Positions 60,222-64,000 of a stretch of DNA of 64,000 bases are shown here, one piece after another. Each line of letters opens with the position of its first letter. The stretch's first letter is position 1. The notes beneath the pieces were generated by a model. That model ran no database searches and was not told where the DNA came from. It saw nothing but the letters and a program-made list of their open reading frames with translations. The stretch comes from the human T2T-CHM13v2.0 reference genome, Homo sapiens. Location of the stretch: the NCBI RefSeq assembly GCF_009914755.1, contig NC_060938.1; one strand, 5' to 3'. The position numbers and the translations under genes are program-made.

Positions 60222-61636
60222 CTAAGATAATTGTGCCCCAGTGAGGCATAAACAGTTTTGACTCCAAATGGGTCTCTTGCTTTGGTGAAGTTACACCAAT
60301 ATGACTTCTCATGGCCATTGATATGAAGAAACACCAGTGTCACAGATCAAGCCAGCAAACAGTTTTGAAAAGAATAGTGTTTACTGTTATGAATGAGATC
60401 AATTTCCTCCAAGCCAGGTTTTTAAATCATTTTCTTTTCAAGAAGTTTTGTCATAAATTCAAGTATAACAAAAAAAAAATTTTTAAGTCCCAAGAGGTTT
60501 GCCACCTTTTTAAGTGCTTGATTCAATTTTAAGTAGAAGTTTCACTTTTGAGAGAATGAGGAAGTTCATTCATAGAAGAACCTCACAGGGAGAAGTACAC
60601 TCAATGGTTGGCTTACTTGGTAGATATTTTGGTCCAATGAATAAGGCATTATCTTCTGATTTAAGGTCCTGCCATTTGCCTGCAAATGCTTTTGTAAACA
60701 AGGAGTTCTTTTGGCCCTTTTTATTCTGCTAGAGGAGGATAGGAGCTGTGGAACATACACACTTTTCAATTTCAGAAGTTCTTCTAGAATCCGGAGTTGA
60801 GAGTGACAGTTTTGTCATTTTATCCATTGGCAGAAATATTTGGATATATCAAAGTACTGAAAAAACGTGTTTGGAAGTTACCACTGCTCTGATGACCTTA
60901 ACTTTGAAATATGGATTTATTTTATTTTCAAGCTGAAATAGACAGGATCAGTGATGCAGTACTTGCCAAGGATGACCTTACTGACTGGGGAAAATGATGT
61001 GAGTAGAATTTATCAGAAGGGTCCTGGAGAATGCGTTGTGTTTGTTTTTTTTTTTTCACACAATTCTATCTTTGAGGGGCAAAGAGGGTAATGCTAATTT
61101 TAATTCTGTATAATATGACAATGTCATCTTATTCAGGGAGCTAGATTTTTCACTATTTCTTGCTGCCAAGCAACAGCAAAATCAGAAATCCAGTGAGCAT
61201 CCAAGATACATTCTCTGTGCCATGTCAAAGAAAACTAAAATTTTTTAATCAGCTTCTTTGAGATTTCATATTGAGGAGAATTATTTTTCTTTTTGTTTCC
61301 ACAATGCAATTTCTTTCCATTTTATTTCAGAAAGTGGTCATCAGTTTTTGCCTGAAAAATGAGAAGAATTATTGAATCATAAAGTAAAAAAAATTGCTTA
61401 AGTGAAAAAGTCAGTTTATAATGAAATAAAATATATGCATAAATATATGTATATGTGCTCATATTCATATTGTTGATTAAGGGGCTCTGGCTTTCATAAA
61501 TTTTACAAACAAATCTAGTGACCTTTGCAACAATGAAAACAAAAAACCCCACTCTACTAAACTAGATCCCTAAAAAATTTCCAGCTTTAATATCCCATGA
61601 TTCTGTTTCATAATATAGAATTAAAACCAGACTTCA

Positions 61637-62245
61637 GGGATCTAGAACTAGAAATACCATTTGACCCAGCCATCCCATTACTGGGTATATATCCAAAGGA
61701 CTATAAATCATGCTGCTGTAAAGACACATGCACACGTATGTTTATTGCGGCATTATTCACAATAGCAAAGACTTGGAACCAACCCAAATGTCCAACAATG
61801 ATAGACTGGATTAAGAAAATGTGTCACATATACACCATGGAATACTATGCAGCCATAAAAAATGATGAGTTCATGTCCTTTGTAGGGACATGGATGAAAT
61901 TGGAAATCATCATTCTCAGTAAACTATCGGAAGAACAAAAAACGACACCGCATATTCTCACTCACAGGTGAGAATTGAACAATGAGAACACATGGACAGA
62001 GGAAGGGGAACATCACACTCTGGGGACTGTTGTGGGGTTGGGGGAGGGGGGAGGGATAGCATTGGGACATATACCTAATGCTAGGTGACGAGTTAGTGGG
62101 TGCAGCACACCAGCATGGCACGTGTATACATATGTAACTAACCTGCACATTGTGCACATGTACCCTAAAACTTAAAGTATAATAATAATAATAATAATAA
62201 TAATAAAGAAAAAAAGAGAAAAAAATAAATAAAATAAAATAAAAT
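61637..62245 (+). mobile_element. 5'-truncated young L1 (L1PA2/3-like) 3' end
   Basis: ORF2 C-terminus, 3'UTR and A-rich tail; perfect 14-bp TSD aaaaccagacttca (61623-61636 and 62246-62259); TT/AAAA target site. Confidence 0.95.
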
Positions 62246-62284
62246 AAAACCAGACTTCAATCAGAACTTAATCTGTGTTTGGTC

Positions 62285-62286
<2 letters not shown>

Positions 62287-62318
<32 letters not shown>
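62287..62318. repeat. (CA)n microsatellite
   Basis: Direct observation. Confidence 0.95.
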
Positions 62319-62323
<5 letters not shown>

Positions 62324-62329
62324 AAGCAT

Positions 62330-62722
62330 TGTATCAGTTTGCTAGAGCTGCCATGACAAAATACCACAGACTACAACAGAAATTTCTCACAGTTTTGGAG
62401 GCTAGAAGTCCAAGATCAAGGTCTTGGAAGGTTTGATTTTATTCTGAGGACCCTCTCAATGGTTTGCAGATGGTCACCTTCTTGCTGTGTCCTCATGTGG
62501 CCTCTTTTTCTGCGTATCCACACTCCTGGTGTCTCTGTGTGTGTGAATTTCTTCTTCTATAAGGAGGAAATTAGACTGGATTAAGGCCCATTCTAAGGAC
62601 CATATTTTAACTTAATCACCTGTTTGAAGAACCTTATCTCCAAATATAGTCACATTTTGAGATACTGAAGGGTTAGGACTTCAACATATAAATTTCAGGA
62701 GGATGTGATTCAGCCCATAACA
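62330..62722 (-). mobile_element. MLT1B-like MaLR solo LTR
   Basis: tgtatcagtttgctagagctgcc...ggaggctagaagtccaagatcaagg...cagcccataaca; TSD agcat/agtat. Confidence 0.88.
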
Positions 62723-63728
62723 AGTATCCTCTCAGTGCAAGGTGAGGATGGCTTTGGTGAAGTCTTCAATCATGGACTTTCTTGGATAGGAAAGAAGAAA
62801 GTTTATGCATGATATTAATAAGAATGCCAGAGATGTAAGATGAGGTCAAGAAAGTTACAGAAGTATACAAATTAAAAACTTTCAAGCAGGAGGATTTAAT
62901 TCTCCATGTAGAATGATGAGAAGTCAGGTAAGCTAAGTGTAGCAGTTGTCTACTATCTGACAAATGTCATAATAAAAATAACACATCTTTAAAAAAGTTT
63001 TCAGAACAACCCAGTTTTCTATTTATTTGTCTAATATTATGGAGGGAATTTATCACCACACCGAAATTTCTGAACTTCTTGTCTACTTCTTCTCTCAGTA
63101 TATCTGCCCTTTTTTGAAACATCTTCTCAAATTTCCTTCACCATCTGTAGCTCTTTGCCTTTCATCTTACACTCTGCCTCTTTCTCCGTGACCCTACATC
63201 GTAAAATCTAGAACTCTCTTCAAAGGAAAAGTAAGAGAAACGAAGAGGTCAAAACCAAAAACCTTTGGTTGGGGAGGGAGAATGCCTGATAATACCTACA
63301 AGTTAATTATTTTTCATTTGTCACATGAATAACCTGCATTTTGGAAAATTGAAGATTGTTACTATTGTTACTGATCTTCCCAAAAATGGCTTCAGTGAAT
63401 GGGATTAGAGGCTTCATTAGAATGGGAAGGGTCATGCTGGAACTGAGGCATTGAAAAAGAATAACAATTATTCTTTCCAGATGATAACTCCTAAGGAACT
63501 CCTGGATAGAGAAATTGCCAGAGGGAAGCTAGAGGGACATGCAGGGTACAAGTTTTTATGCTTAGAAAGATTTGAGTAGATTTGCATTCTGAAGAAAAGA
63601 GTCTATTGAAAAGGAGATGATGGTCATTTGGGCAGGAAAGGGAAGACTTGATGGATTATTATCCCTGAGAAGGAGATGAGATAAAATTTAGCTAATCTGA
63701 GAAGGTCTGAAAGGAAGATAATTTTTTT

Positions 63729-64000
63729 TATAGCAGGAGTGAAAGTTTATCAAAAAGTTTTAGAGCAGGAACAAAAGAAAATATACTTGAAAGAGGGACA
63801 AGTGGGCCACTTGATTCACATGTGTGGTTTGAACTTTGACTCAGGGTTTTATATGTTGGCTTGCTTCTGGGGGTTGCATCCCTTCTCCCCTGATTCTTCC
63901 CTTGGTGTGGGCTGTCCACATGCACAGTGGCCTGACAGCACTTTGCAGGGGCTGCATGTTCAGTGTGCTTACTGAAGTTGTGCACATGCTCACTTGAGGC
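63729..64000 (-). mobile_element. ERV1 LTR fragment (MER50-like), running off the window
   Basis: gtgaaagtttatcaaaaagttttagagcagg...cccttctcccctgattcttccctt...catgctcacttgaggc. Confidence 0.6.

Overview
Primate (great-ape/human-like), AT-rich, repeat-dense genomic DNA. I recognised no named protein-coding gene, rRNA, tRNA or CRISPR array, and almost every ORF in the track is a transposon remnant or chance ORF. Major elements: the 5' end of a young L1PA2/L1HS-like LINE-1 (1-1201, minus; intact antisense ORF0), a decayed full-length L1PA7/8-like element (5721-12152, minus), a full-length L1PA2-like element (39216-45246, minus; inactivated by a few lesions), an L1PA13-like 3' part, a 5'-inverted L1, a short young L1 3' end, a complete THE1A element, several solo LTRs, seven Alu-family SINEs and MIR/L2/MER relics. 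Subfamily names come from recalled consensus features and need RepeatMasker confirmation. Most interesting: (1) a very decayed Tx1-type LINE reverse-transcriptase relic with an apparent internal inversion (about 1210-2950); (2) a possible Ty3/Gypsy pol relic with a duplicated 290-bp block (55677-56830); (3) an inverted, locally templated ~40-bp insertion in an Alu with its donor at 13433-13472; (4) mosaic identity between the two young L1 5'UTRs; (5) a micro-inversion of an MLT2 LTR end; (6) candidate + strand exons in frame with the ORF0 splice donors. I found no convincing new multi-gene system.
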